From assembly GCA_026914245.1 (NCBI GenBank), contig CP110440.1, forward strand, positions 186,001-250,000: a stretch of DNA of 64,000 bases, in the 5' to 3' direction. The stretch comes from Puccinia triticina (taxonomy: Eukaryota). The notes under the pieces were generated by a model. That model saw only the letters and a list, made by a program, of their open reading frames with translations. It did no database searches and was not told the origin of the DNA. The translations under genes and the position numbers were made by a program. Positions 47,401-57,986 of the stretch are shown one piece after another; within the stretch, counting starts at the first letter, position 1, and every line of letters starts with the position of its first letter.

Positions 47401-48326
47401 TAACGCGGAAGCTGGAATATGTCAATATGGGGCTGACCAAGGAGGCAGCAACTCTCTCTGTTAAGTCTCTTGTCTCTCAGTTGTCTTTGGACCCGGGGGT
47501 GCTGTTAATCTTCAGTGATGGGTCATATCACCCGGAGAAAGGAGGGGCTGGGGCAGCTGTCTGTCCAAGCTTGAACAGTTTCAGCTCATATTCCTTGGGG
47601 GGGGCGTCTGTTATTCCGAACCATGAAAGCGAGGCGGTTGGAGTTCTAGCTGCCCTAGGACTGGCAAAGAAGTTGGTTGTGAAATCGCGATATCGGAAGC
47701 TTCTGATTTTTGTAGACAATCAAGGAGTTATTTCCAGGACCGAGGACCCTAACATTCCCAAGCCTGGGCAGCGGCTTTTCAAATTGATCAACTCTGCGCT
47801 AGCAGAGCTCCCGGCAGCGCTGGAGGTGTCTCTTGTGTGGTGCCCAGGTCACAAGGACATTCTTGGCAATGAAATGGCGGATCAGTTAGCAAAGGAGGCA
47901 CTGGAGTCCCCCTCCTTGCAATCCTTAATGGTCAAAAGCAACTACAGAAAGGTTCACCAGAAGGCCACAGCCCCGCTCCTGCCCAAGCGACCAGCTCCCT
48001 CGGGTCTTCCCATAGGCTTTAGCTCCCTGATCAATCAACTGGCATCAGGTCATTGCGCACTGAAAAGACACCTTTTTCGAATTTGTAGGAGTTTTGACCC
48101 TCTTTGTCCCAACTGTGGGGCAAAAGAAACGGTCTTTCATCTGTTGAATTTCTGTCCAAAAGTCAAGAGCCAGCGGGCACTCTTCCGAAAACATCTCCGC
48201 CACCTCAAGATTCAATTCAAGGCTGACAGGCTCGACAGGACTCTTAACAATCGGAAGGCTGAACCAGCCTTAGCGGCCTTTTTATGGAACACCAAGCGAT
48301 TCTCGGAATACCTCCCTCCTCAATAG
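44466..48326 (+). CDS. LINE ORF2: APE endonuclease + reverse transcriptase + RNase H + C-terminal zinc motif
   Basis: LLQEPW, NIYNPP, MDANLHH, TIDL, SDHQ; KAPGIDG, YRPIALL, PQGSP, YVDD; FSDGS, ESEAVG, FVDNQ, WCPGH..GNEMAD; CPNC..ETVFHLLNFC. Confidence 0.95.
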   Translation: MIGTPPVTLDQPHHTHQPPSQTPPRAIRPELIQTADFRQDLEPSSASPLSNPESSSFLHLNCHVSKAVTLSVLNSCLSFDFLLLQEPWINSVTLQPPQHSAWRAFVAYEHVPSCWNQRHKTVIYVQRSIPSESIRLLEGGSQNLVGVEITHPTGKVFRLLNIYNPPSSLPSVAELKDWLSSFYSRQHPMIIAMDANLHHQHWNPPGCRKTEPEARDLLSSLSSSGFRIASPRHVPTFFSSKGRGSTIDLIWANFLGSKLLETVSVSSENFGSDHQALRATLRMSRPAPTYHWRLPRWTELDSGKLESLSAELSSISTTLPSDPNAQAEALTSFLQRAQEQLGRRTRSNKAKAKPWWCSKTLDPVLRTCNQARRCMLLAKSPEACECYRQWNDYFLSLVNSLKQRNWRKLLEDPSEGDLFRVLRFTSKSVGGEVLPLKGHDGAIVHDKNEQAELLFRGTSAPDVPIDLADICFDLSCRFGSYPPVTREEVRSAIRRIRPKKAPGIDGTANELLKSLSDPLSETLSVLYNNILITSKFPASWKVAVTTIIRKQGKPDYTNPSAYRPIALLGTSSKLFELILARRLTVWAERSGVLAEGHFAGRKGLGTEDAIFSLEHWVKTKWREGKVVAGLFLDVKLAYPSVHPARLINYLFEMNCPTYLVLTIADFLKDRSTTIRLDDFVSKAFPIRIGLPQGSPLLVILYILYNNSLLKKSFSTSLDSVSIGYVDDVVHLVAGYSAETARAGLIEEGIRSLRWGETHGAFFDQAKAQFLWLTKGKALDGALPFGAFQLEPMSEVKWLGVWLDRKLLFNRNFKALEEKAHKTINQLKIFGTSRWGTREVDRVKLIKCVLFPRITYGAAVWATKSNKGKVANLASKVDRLAGIFTLGVFKSTPNVFIQRRLALPFFLDEILRTSFSFFFRKIVMIKANNVVRSSILSSRADSSVRYADSAQSGLATGNVDRAMELDPELIHIDFNFGSGLTRKLEYVNMGLTKEAATLSVKSLVSQLSLDPGVLLIFSDGSYHPEKGGAGAAVCPSLNSFSSYSLGGASVIPNHESEAVGVLAALGLAKKLVVKSRYRKLLIFVDNQGVISRTEDPNIPKPGQRLFKLINSALAELPAALEVSLVWCPGHKDILGNEMADQLAKEALESPSLQSLMVKSNYRKVHQKATAPLLPKRPAPSGLPIGFSSLINQLASGHCALKRHLFRICRSFDPLCPNCGAKETVFHLLNFCPKVKSQRALFRKHLRHLKIQFKADRLDRTLNNRKAEPALAAFLWNTKRFSEYLPPQ

Positions 48327-50294
48327 TCTCATCCTCTCTTTCCTCCTCCATCCTATCTACACTCTTTATTTTCCTTAAATGTTTTCTTTTCTAGACTCGT
48401 TGTATTTTCACTTTACGGTTCCCGTGTTTGTGTGTTGGATCAGGAGTTTGTTTTCTTTCACAAAGATGTCACTTAGATTCATAGTGTGCAATGCCATAGG
48501 CAAAAATTCACTTTAAAAAAAAAAAAAAAGGCAGTTGTCAACTTTATACAGCCTGATCTTCAAGAAAACGGTGTCAAGTTTGATTGCCTCGATATCGATG
48601 TTGCGACAAGGTGGAACTCAACGTTTAAGATGTTCCAGCAAGCAATTGATTTAAAGGACTCGTGCGATCACTTCTGTCGAACAAATAAGGAATGCTCGTT
48701 GTATCTTCTAACATCCGCTGAATGGGACCAAGCGCAAAAATTCTTGTTATTCCTCAAACCACTCAGCAAAGCAACCGAGATCCTCTGTGGTTCAAAGTAT
48801 CCAACCTTGAACACCGCCTTACCAGTTTATATTGTGTTGATGAAACATCTTCACTCGTTTAAACAAGGTCTCATCGACCAGGCTGGACTTATTGAGCCAG
48901 CCAACAATTTGATCAAAAAAATTGATTTCTACGTTTGCAACGCACTGTCTAAGCCCGCCTACTTTTGTGCAATGGTTCTTGATCCGACATTCAAGCTTAC
49001 ATTCTGGACAAAACACGCTAAATTCATCAATGAACACTACCAAACCTCATCCAACCAAGTTCTTCAAATATTTTCCGATGCCGCAAACGAATTCAATATC
49101 AAGTGCAAGAGCAATACTCCGGACACAAATCCAACTTCTCATCCCAGTAATACTAAAGCTCCAGAAAAATCAACAACATGTGATTTCTTTTCAGCGGAGT
49201 TTTATGATACTGCCGCTCCAGTGGAAACAGTTGAAGCGGAGATCAAGCGATATCTGGCAGAAGACCCCGCGCCCAAAGGTAGTAAAATCCTTGCTTACTG
49301 GAGCGGTTGACAGCAAACCTTTCCTATCTTATCTAGAATGGCTCGATGCTATCTAGCCATACCAGCTACAAGTGCTGCATCGGAACGTGTTTTCTCAAAC
49401 GGACGTCGGGTCTGCTCGTGGTCCCGCTCTTCACTCAGTCCGGGTACCATTGAACAGCTTCTCTGTGTCAAAGGCTGGAACAAATTCTTTGACGGCCCTG
49501 TTCTTTGATTGTCTTTTTTCTTTTCTTCCCTCTTAATTGTTGTCTCTCGGCTTCCGCCAAAAAACCTGCAAAACAAAGTTGAATGAAACTTAAAGCCCTA
49601 GGCTCAAAAAACAAGCACCCAAGCTCAAAAAACGAGGGCAATCTGCCCTTCCCCCCCAATTATTTGTTTCAAAAACACCCGGGTGTTCGGGTGTTTCCAG
49701 GGACCCATCCCGTAGACCGACACCCGGGTGGTACCACCCGTGAAAACACCCGAGGCTCGGGGTTCGGGTCACAGCTTTACTCCTGGACACCCTTGCAAAA
49801 ACACCGATGAGCTCTCTTTAACGGATGTGGGTTTTCTTTTTTTTACTTGTGTACAGGAACTATTTCCATGAACATCCCTGTACTCTTCCAGGGGAATTGA
49901 AAACAGCAGTGTGCTAGATACAGCTCTGGTACAACATTGTCCTGCAGTTTGATACTTATGTAATTTGGTGTGGTGTATACAGCTTTCATGGATTTACCAC
50001 ACATGTACCTGTGTATGATCAATCCTTGAATCCTGAAGTCATGAAGTTACATGCCTTCTTGGTTCAAGGCCGTTAGAGAAAAAAAATGGTGGCCTATGTA
50101 GTCTTGAAGGCAAGATGTAGGCCTTCAATTTGGCTACTGGGCGGCCAATTTGGTCCACAGGATGATTGAGTAACATGGTGCCAAAGTTCGACACCAGCCA
50201 AAATCAAAAATGGGGTCCTCAGGACTCGCGCCAAAATTTGCCGCTTAGTCCCAAGTCCCTCCTCCGGAGGCTTGCGCTTTACGCAAGGCTGAAG

Positions 50295-50620
50295 TACCGG
50301 CCATTGTACTCTTGATGACCGGTCTGTACCGGCCATTGAGAGGGGTGTGTCCTCTGGATGAGCGGCCTGTACCGGCCATTGAGAGGGGTGTGTCCTCTCA
50401 ATGACCGGCCTGTACCGGCCATCAAGAGGTTGTGTCCTCTTGATGACCGGTCTGTACCGGCCATCGAGAGGGTTGTGTCCTCTTGATGACCGGCACAGAT
50501 CTGCCATCAAGAGGGTGGTGCCCTCCCTCTTGTTGGCTGGTTTATACCGGCCATCGAGGAGGATGTGTCCTCTTGGTACAGGCCGGTCATCAAGAGGGTT
50601 GTGTACTCTTGATGACCGGG
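50295..50620. repeat. CTCTTGATGACCGG..TACCGGCCATCGAGAGG tandem/hairpin repeat block
   Basis: About 8 degenerate units, the same unit as inside the 41262-42194 foldback. Confidence 0.8.
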
Positions 50621-50790
50621 TGAACAATGCCGAGTTGCTGGAATCCTGGGGTTGTAAATCTGGCAGGTATTCTGGCATCTCAAGCCTGCGGAACAGCTTC
50701 TAAAGCTAAAAATTAAAGGTGAGTCATATCTGGCTTTACGAGTGCCAGATCTGACTTTACATGGCCGTTTAAATTGAAGGGAAGTCCTCC

Positions 50791-51090
50791 ACTATCAAAA
50801 TTGTGTCTGGCACTCTGAATAGTGAGTCCACCACTATCAAAAGTGCGTCCATCACTATGAAAAGTGCATCTGCCACTATGAAGAGTGCGTCTGGCACTAT
50901 CAAAAGTGCGTCTGGCACTCTGAATAGTGAGTCCACCACTATCAAAAGTGCGTCCGCCACTACAAAAAGTATGTCCACCACTATGAAAAGTGCGTCTGGC
51001 ACTATCAAAAGTGCATCCGGCACTCTGAATAGTGTGTCTGCCATTATGAGATATACCTCTGGCAATATTATAAGTGCCTTTGGCACCATG
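50791..51090 (+). repeat. 21-bp tandem array, right half
   Basis: About 13 units of ACTATCAAAAGTGCGTCTGGC; explains the repetitive ORFs at 50769 and 50803. Confidence 0.85.
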
Positions 51091-52050
51091 ATATTTTTGA
51101 CGGATGACCCCCTCAAAATTATATGGCCCATAAATGGGCCAAAGTAAGTCAAAAACACAAAAAATGTAATTTTTTGGTGTTTTTAATAGGGGGGTTCACA
51201 ATAGGATAAAAGTAAAATTTTAGAGTCAATTTTAAGGTCTTTATCAATGAATTTTTAAAAATCTGGCAAGGTGTACAGGACTGGGTATCCCCTGAGAATC
51301 AGAGCAACTTCCTTATTTTTTGAAAAATTGTTCATAAAGGCCTTAAAATTAGCCCTAAAGTTTTATTTTTATCCTATTGTGAACCCCCTAATGTATTTTG
51401 GAAGTTTTTCCGTTGAATGTCTCTGAATACTTGAATATTCAACAAATCAGTATTTGAGGGGCCCAAAAAACACATTGAATACCACTGTGCTATGCCCTGT
51501 CTCCAGCAGAGCTTAGACTTGTTTGGCAGGTTGCTCAACATTTCCCAAACTTAGCTCCAAAGGAGGGACTTGGGGCTAAGAAGGAAAATTTGGTGTGAGT
51601 CCTGAGTACAGCTTTTGCCCATTTGGCTGGTCTGAACATTAGGCACCACTTTTCTATAGAGTATTGCCTACTCCCCACTCCTCACCAACAACATGATTAG
51701 TCCAAGTCTTCAAGATCTTGCTCCTAGTCCTCCACCAAGGACACCCTCTCCAGAAATTTAACAACTTCACCCCACCTGCAAAGGAAGGAGTAGACCTGCC
51801 AAAATGAGAACACCAAGGCCCAAAAATCAGCCGCTGCAACTACTAAGACTGCTGCTGCGCTGGACTGCTACCTCTACTGCTGCTACGACTGCTACCGCTA
51901 CTGGTGCAATTAATTATGTCAAAGGATCTGTCCAATGTGGATCCTCTTTCTTGTACTTTCTCCACCACCAAAAAAGATGGGATTGACAAACGTAATGGCT
52001 TGATTCCTTGCAACTCTTAGTCCCATATCTTGCTTTAGTCTTGTCTCTTA

Positions 52051-52269
52051 TGTTGAGGGGAACTTAGGTGACACGTGACTAAGAGAGATTTGAAGAGGTT
52101 TCAAGGACAAAGTCCAAGCACAGTGAGTCAAATGATAATCATCATTCAGTAAGGAGGGATAACAGTGAGGGGAACAACTAGACTATATACATGTAGAGTA
52201 TAGGCTAAGTTGTGAGTGTATAGATTAGAAGAATAGTACACAGAGTGATGCTAGTGCACTATCTCAACA
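52051..52269. mobile_element. Solo LTR (219 bp)
   Basis: TGTTGAG...CTCAACA termini; 5-bp TSD TCTTA/TTTTA (one C>T change). Confidence 0.7.
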
Positions 52270-52744
52270 TTTTACTTGATTCTGTTCTCATTTAACCTTT
52301 CTTTATGGCCACAATATGTTTGTTCTTTGAATATCAAACAGACCTGTTGTATCAATCATGTGAGCAGCGGAGCTGTCCACACCAGTGAAGGCCTATGCCT
52401 TAAGTTGGAATTCCCGTGTGATGAGTTTTTTGATTTGGCCTGAAAATCCTCTTTGTTCCATTTATCCTCCTATAGCCGCTTCCTTTGTTGTCTTGACTGA
52501 ATTCCTTTTGCAGGCCATAAATGCCTGCTTCTTGTCTTTCTCCTGGTGTTATGTCCCTTTTTTTATGACTTTTCACAATTTTTATAGTGATTTTTGAAAA
52601 GTATTACTTTTCAATGTTTGAGGACTTGTTTGGGCGTGCGCGGGTTGTTTGAGCCAAAAAAAGTTAACAGTATGATTTTATAAAATTCATCATAAAATCA
52701 CAATTGGTTCTGCATCTCTTCTGGTTTTGGGTTGGATGAACAAG

Positions 52745-54508
52745 CACTGCAAGAAAAACTCTAGAAACTGCTTGCAGTTGAGATGCAAGAGCTCAAGGCA
52801 AGCTGTGCCTCATGCAAGAATCAAGCACTGGTTGATTCCATGCACATTGTCTAATTTATGCAAGAGTGAGTCTAAGGTACAAAAAACTAAGTGCAGGAGT
52901 TGATACCTGTGCAAATTCCCCTTTCATGTGCACATACCCCTTTCATGTGCATATATCCCTTTTGTATGCAATCACCCCTTTCATAATTTGTACATAGCCC
53001 TTTATGTGCACAAACCCCTTTCATGTGTGTATATCCCTTTCATGTGCATGTATCCCTTTCACAATGTTTACATACCCCTTTCATCATGTGTTCATGACCC
53101 TTTCATGTTTACATGTCCCCTTTCAGTTTTTTAGATCCCTTTTAATACCCCTTTTATCATTCAGGTTTACATACCCCTTTGATGTTTACATATCCCTTTC
53201 ATGTGCAAATACCCCTTCTGCACAAACCCCTTTCATGTATAAATACCCCGTTCATGCATACATACCCCTTTCATCATGTGTACATATCCTTTTTATGTGT
53301 TAATACACCTCTTTAGAGTCACATTCCCCTCTCATGCGTACATATTTCTTTCATCTGTACATATCCCTTTCACGTGTACATACCCTTTTTATGTTATTCT
53401 GGCTGGATTCAATGGTGCATGGAGTGTTTAATAAAAGAAAATGAAAGGGTGCTCAGGGGGATGCTCATTTGCCTCAGCCTACTGCATGAGCACTACAGCA
53501 TGTTCAACATTGAGATGCAGAACAAGGTGCACACTCAAGGTGCACCAGCACGGTGTGGTGGTCAATACGGTGGTCAAAGCAGCTTTAGTCCTCAGATCTC
53601 ACCGCTCCTCAAGACTCAACCCTCAATGCTCAATCCTCAAGTTTCAGTCTCTATTCCAAGCCTTCTCTCCTCTATTATGTTTCCCCCCCCCTCACCTTTC
53701 TGTCTGGTTCCTTTCCTCCCTTCTTTCCCTCTTCCTCTCAGCTTATTCCCCTCCTCTCAAGTCTCCAGTCTCTTTTATTTTCTTGGTCCTAACACAGCTT
53801 GTGCTGTGGGTTTATTCAGCTGTTTTGAGTCTTTCCTGTTCTTTTCCTCTGCCTCATGTTTCTTGTTTCTCTTCTTTCAGTCTTGATCTCTCTTCTTTTA
53901 TTACCAACTCTTTTTTATATGCCTGGTGTCTTTTCTTTTTTCCTTTTTTGATTGTTCTTTTTGGTTTTTGTTTCCTTGTTTCCTCTTTCTTTTCTTTTTT
54001 TTCCTTTGTGGTTGTTTTGTTGTGGTTGTTGTGGTTGTTTTGTTGTGTGCGCGCGTTGCGCGCAAGGATATGATGAAATGCATGTGACATGTTGTCTCCC
54101 CAAGTCCAAGCTCGCAGAGCTTGGAGGAGGGGAGCAGCATGGAATTCTGATCCGCCATTGAATATTATTGATCTAGAGAATCAAGAGTCCGAGTCCTACA
54201 AAACCTCCTTTTGATGAATCACTTGAATCACCTCAAGAATCCCAACAAAACAGCCGCCGTGAATCCAACCTCGGCAAACTCTCAAAACCACCCCACCACA
54301 AGCTATCACTCGAATCCCACGACTCCTTTCCGGACCATCTGTGAGGGCAGCCCCCAGGCACCCATTCCCCTCCCAGCACTGCCCCCAGCCTAGCACCAAG
54401 CGGAGCTCCATAACAGAATTTGGGTGCTTGCCTCCAGCTTGAGCTGAAGCTTGATTGAAGCTTGCTGCATCTCAACTGCAAGCAGTTTCTAGAGTTTTTC
54501 TTGCAGTA
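52745..54508. mobile_element. Non-autonomous CACTA/EnSpm-type element
   Basis: About 42-bp TIR CACTGCAAGAAAAACTCTAGAAACTGCTTGCAGTTGAGATGC (right end reads CAGTA); 3-bp TSD AAG at 52742-44 and 54509-11. Confidence 0.85.
52915..53392 (+). repeat. About 20-bp tandem array (TACATACCCCTTTCATGTG-like) within the CACTA element
   Basis: More than 20 degenerate units visible directly. Confidence 0.85.
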
Positions 54509-54612
54509 AAGAAGATTCAGCTCTTCCAGAAATCTTGACCAAACATCCTCAAAGTTTTGAGGATTCCGGGTGAGTGCAGCTTGAAGTTTTCTCCCACCAA
54601 AAGTGGGAAACT

Positions 54613-54763
54613 GGAGGACTTCCTGTCAGCTAAATTTCTTAATCTAGAGGGACAGGCTAAACCTTACTGGCTGGTGAAAATTGATTGATATCAAGTTTTC
54701 ACCAGCAAACAAGGTTTAGCGGCCTCCTCTAAATCAAGCCTTCTAGGCGACTGGAAGTCCTCC
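54613..54763. mobile_element. MITE, GGAGGACTTCC TIR family (ANT TSD)
   Basis: TIRs as above; TSD ACT at 54610-12 and 54764-66. Confidence 0.85.
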
Positions 54764-55664
54764 ACTCATCACGCGAGTTTGCTGACCTACACTACAGGAG
54801 CAATTGAGAGAAGTCGGGACGTTGTCCAAACAGTCGCAGGAATCACGCGTCCTGGCAACCACTAGGACCGCGGGGGGACGTTGTGGTTTTCTTGATGTCC
54901 GCAGGACAGATTTTAGACGGAACATATTCACTGATGTCCTCATCAACCGCGATGGTTGCGGGATCTGGGGTTTCTGGGACGTCAAAGTCCCTTTGACGGA
55001 AGATTTGGCATTGAGAGGAAGATGGCCTCAACCCAGCTGTTCTCGGGATACCTGGGTTATCCTGACGCTTTCACCGGCGTCCGTAGGACATTTGCTGGAG
55101 CCATGCGGTCAATAGGACACTTGGGTTGCAAGGACATCCTGCCCAAGCGTCCAAACAACGTTTTGAGGTGTTGAAACTAGGATTTTTGACAAGGCTTTAG
55201 TGGCACGATGCAGGAGAACAGTCTTGAGAGACTGGTGAGAAAAGGGGCAGCAAGAATTTTTTTCTCACCAGATGCAGCTCAGGTATGGAGGCAGAGAATG
55301 AAGGAGAGAACCAATGGTTTGATTTGCATGACAATGCTATGATATAAATAGACTATGTGCACGCAACAGACTTGTGGTTTTGAGATAAATGAATAAGAGA
55401 CCAAAATGAATATGAATACTATCACAAGTCTACAAATGAAGTCAGACTGACAAACACAATCTCTACTACTCAAGGTTCAAAGACTACAGGGTGTGAGAAG
55501 GTTGTACTATTTAACTTACTATTGATACTAATGATTGATTCTAGACAAGAAGGAATTCATTTTGAAAAACATGATTTTTGGGATAAGTAAGAGAGAACAT
55601 CAGAAATTCAACATGAGGATCCACTTGTTGATAGGATGCCAGGGTCCCTGGGACCACTTGACAA

Positions 55665-57986
55665 CGCTATGAAAAAAACTCAAGAAAGTGCTGTCAGTTG
55701 ACATGCGCAATCCAGGTTGAAACTTCAAGTTCATCCAGGTTCATTCCATGGTTTATCACCGGATAGCTTAGCATCATAGGAAGATCTGTAGCTCAGCTTT
55801 GGACTTAGCACAGTATTTGCATGTGCTAAGGGTGTCCTGATCTGTAAACCTCATCACCTGCAATGCTGACTGGTCATCCATACACATCCATACTGGCCTT
55901 TGTCGACCAGCCCCTGGGATGAATGCCCCTCATATTGGCAAGAACACGCGCCCGTGTTGACTAGGAGGAATCCCTCCTGGCCAACATACCTTTGCCCGCC
56001 AAGAATACGCGCCCGTGTCAACTGGAAGGGTCAACAAGGGCATATGTACCTTGCAAAAAAGGGTGTGTTGAGGGGCACGCCCTTGATTTCCCTGCTGTAC
56101 ACTCCCACACACGCCCAGCGGGGGCATGTAGGGGCGTACGAGGGGGATGGCCCCGACAAGATGGTATGACCAGCTCGCCAAGAGATACTCTCCTCCCAAC
56201 GGAGCTTGCCAAGAGGAGAGTCCCTCTTGGCGAGCTGGTATACACATACCAGCTAACCGGGAGGAACTTCCCTCTTGGCCAGCTGGTATACACATACCAG
56301 CTCGCCAAGAGGAGAGTCCCTCTTGGCGAGCTGGTATACACATACCAGCTTGCCAGGAGGAGCTTCCCTATTGGCGAGCTGGTAAACATATATATACCAG
56401 CTCGCCGGGAGGAGCTTTCCTCTTGGCGAGCTGGTATACAAATACCAGCTTGCTGGGGGGCAAGTTCCTCCCGAGTCCCGGCGAGCTGGTGTATACATAT
56501 ACCAGCTCGCTGGGGGCTATCCCTTGCATGCCACTACACACCCCTTCTGGGGCGTGCACGTCCACACCTGTACATTCCCAACAATGGGTGTGCATAGGAA
56601 AAAAAAGGTGTGCCGCCCCTCTTGCCCTTCTTCAAAGGGCGTGGGCATTGGCATGGGGGACGTGCGTTTATCAACACCTCTCCTGGTCGGCACTCAATAC
56701 AATGTTGACCGGGAGGAATCCCTCCCAGTCGGTAACACAACAGAGCCATTGAATGAGAGGAATCCCCACGGTCAACACAAAATACAACCATTGATGGGGA
56801 GGAATCCCTCTCGGTCAACATACAATGCAACCGTGTCGACCGGGAGGGATTCCTCCCCGTCAATGGCTTGGTTGTGTTGCCAACCGGGAAGGATTCCTCT
56901 TGGTCAATGGTTGTATTATGTGTCAACTGTGGGGATTCCTCTTGGTGGATGGCTCTGTTGTGTTGCCGACCGGGAGGGATTCCTCCTGGTTGACATTCTA
57001 TTGAGTCCCGACCGGGAGAGGCGTTGATAAAAGCACGTCCCCCACGCTCATGCCCACGCCATTTGAAGAAGGGCAAGAGGGGCGGCCCACCCTTTTTTTC
57101 CTATGCATGCCCATTGTTGGGCGTGTACAGGTGTGGACGTGCACGCCCCAGAAGGGGTGTGTAGGGGCGTGCAAGGGATAGCCCCCGGAGAGCTGGTATA
57201 TGTATAAGCTCGCCAGGACTCGGGAGGAACTTGCCCCCTGGTGAGCTGGTATGTGTATACCAGCTCGCCAAGAGGAAAGCTCCTCCCGGCGAGTTGGTAT
57301 ATGTATGTTTACCAGCTCGCCAAGAGGGAAGCTCGAGGGACTCTCCTCCCGGCGAGCTGGTATGTGTATACCAGCTTGCTGAGAGGGACTCTCCTCCTGG
57401 CGAGCTCCTCTTTTGGTGAGCTGGTATCTGTATACCAGCTCGCCGAGAACTCTCCCTTCTTGGCAAGCTGGTATACACATACCAGCTTGTCGGGAGGAGA
57501 GTCTCTCTTGGCAAGCTGGTCATACCAGCTCGCTGGGGCCATCCCCCTCACACACCCCTACACCCCCTCGCTGGGCGTGTGTGGGAGTGTACAGCAGGGA
57601 AATCAAGGGTGTGCCCCTCAACACGCCCTTTTTTGAAGGGCATGGGCGTGGGCATCCTCCTAGTCAACACAGGCGTGTATTCTTGCTGATATGGGGGGCA
57701 TTCATCCCAGGGGCTGGTCAACAAGGGCCAGTATGGATGACCTTGTCGCGCAGGAGGGGCAAGTGTGCACCCAGCTGAGCATTTGCCTCAGGAAGTCCGT
57801 GCACCTCAGACTTAGTTTATAACTCAGTCTAGTGTGTTGTGCACTGTAGACTAAAGCTGAGGATCTTCCAAAAATTCCAGGGTGTACCACCTGGGATTCA
57901 TATGTATGAGCCTGGTATCAGCTAGAAATGAACTTGAGTATGCTGCATGTCAACTGCCAGCACTTTCTTGAGGTTTTTCCATAGTG
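55665..57986. mobile_element. Non-autonomous CACTA element containing a long foldback
   Basis: TIR CGCTATGAAAAAAACTCAAGAAAGTGCTG.CAGTTGACATGC / GCATGTCAACTG.CAGCACTTTCTTGAGGTTTTTCCATAGTG; 3-bp TSD CAA at 55662-64 and 57987-89. Confidence 0.8.
55872..57742. repeat. About 1.87-kb imperfect palindrome built from TATACCAGCTCGCC/GGCGAGCTGGTATA and GGGAGGAATCCC units
   Basis: GGTCATCCATAC...GTATGGATGACC ends; the arms mirror each other inward to a centre near 56830. Confidence 0.88.

Larger units (their letters stand above)
43078..48529 (+). mobile_element. Full-length LINE (Tad1/I-group-like non-LTR retrotransposon)
   Basis: TSD GGCAGTTGTCA at 43067-77 and 48530-40, poly(A) at 48515-48529, 5' UTR and two open ORFs. 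Confidence 0.95.
40364..49508 (+). pseudogene. hAT transposase (BED zinc finger + DDE + dimerization domain), disrupted
   Basis: Segments 40364-40738, 40812-41172, 41240-41261, 42203-42275, 42702-43077 and 48541-49508 join in one frame. Motifs: WVWTH..C..C..HEHLKKIH, FTEDAWT, TADNA, CIAH, ATRWNS, PATSAASERVFS. One internal TGA at 49308-49310. Confidence 0.9.
40174..49779 (+). mobile_element. Autonomous-type hAT transposon interrupted by three younger insertions
   Basis: TIR TAAAGCTGTGACCCG / CGGGTCACAGCTTTA; exact 8-bp TSD CTCCTGGA at 40166-73 and 49780-87; subterminal ACACCCGGGT motifs. Confidence 0.92.
39782..50790. mobile_element. GGAGGACTTCC-TIR element (ANT TSD), expanded by nested insertions
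   Basis: TIR GGAGGACTTCCCTT / AAGGGAAGTCCTCC; TSD ACT at 39779-81 and 50791-93; subterminal GTAAAGTCAGATCTGGCACT is inverted at both ends. Confidence 0.88.
39465..51499. mobile_element. Non-autonomous hAT-type element (outer shell of the TE nest)
   Basis: TIR CAGGGCATAGCAC / GTGCTATGCCCTG; exact 8-bp TSD TCTCCAGC at 39457-64 and 51500-07. Confidence 0.88.

Noticed and set aside
48486..49310. Stand-alone 274-aa ORF with poly-Lys
   Set aside because: The poly-Lys is the LINE poly(A) tail; the rest is the displaced C-terminal part of the hAT transposase.
50791..53392. Regular short repeats resembling a CRISPR array
   Set aside because: These are head-to-tail degenerate tandem units without unique spacers, inside eukaryotic TIR elements, and there are no cas genes.
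55900..57780. Many overlapping ORFs on both strands (up to about 200 aa)
   Set aside because: Artefacts of a GC-rich palindromic repeat; the translations are repetitive and mirror each other.
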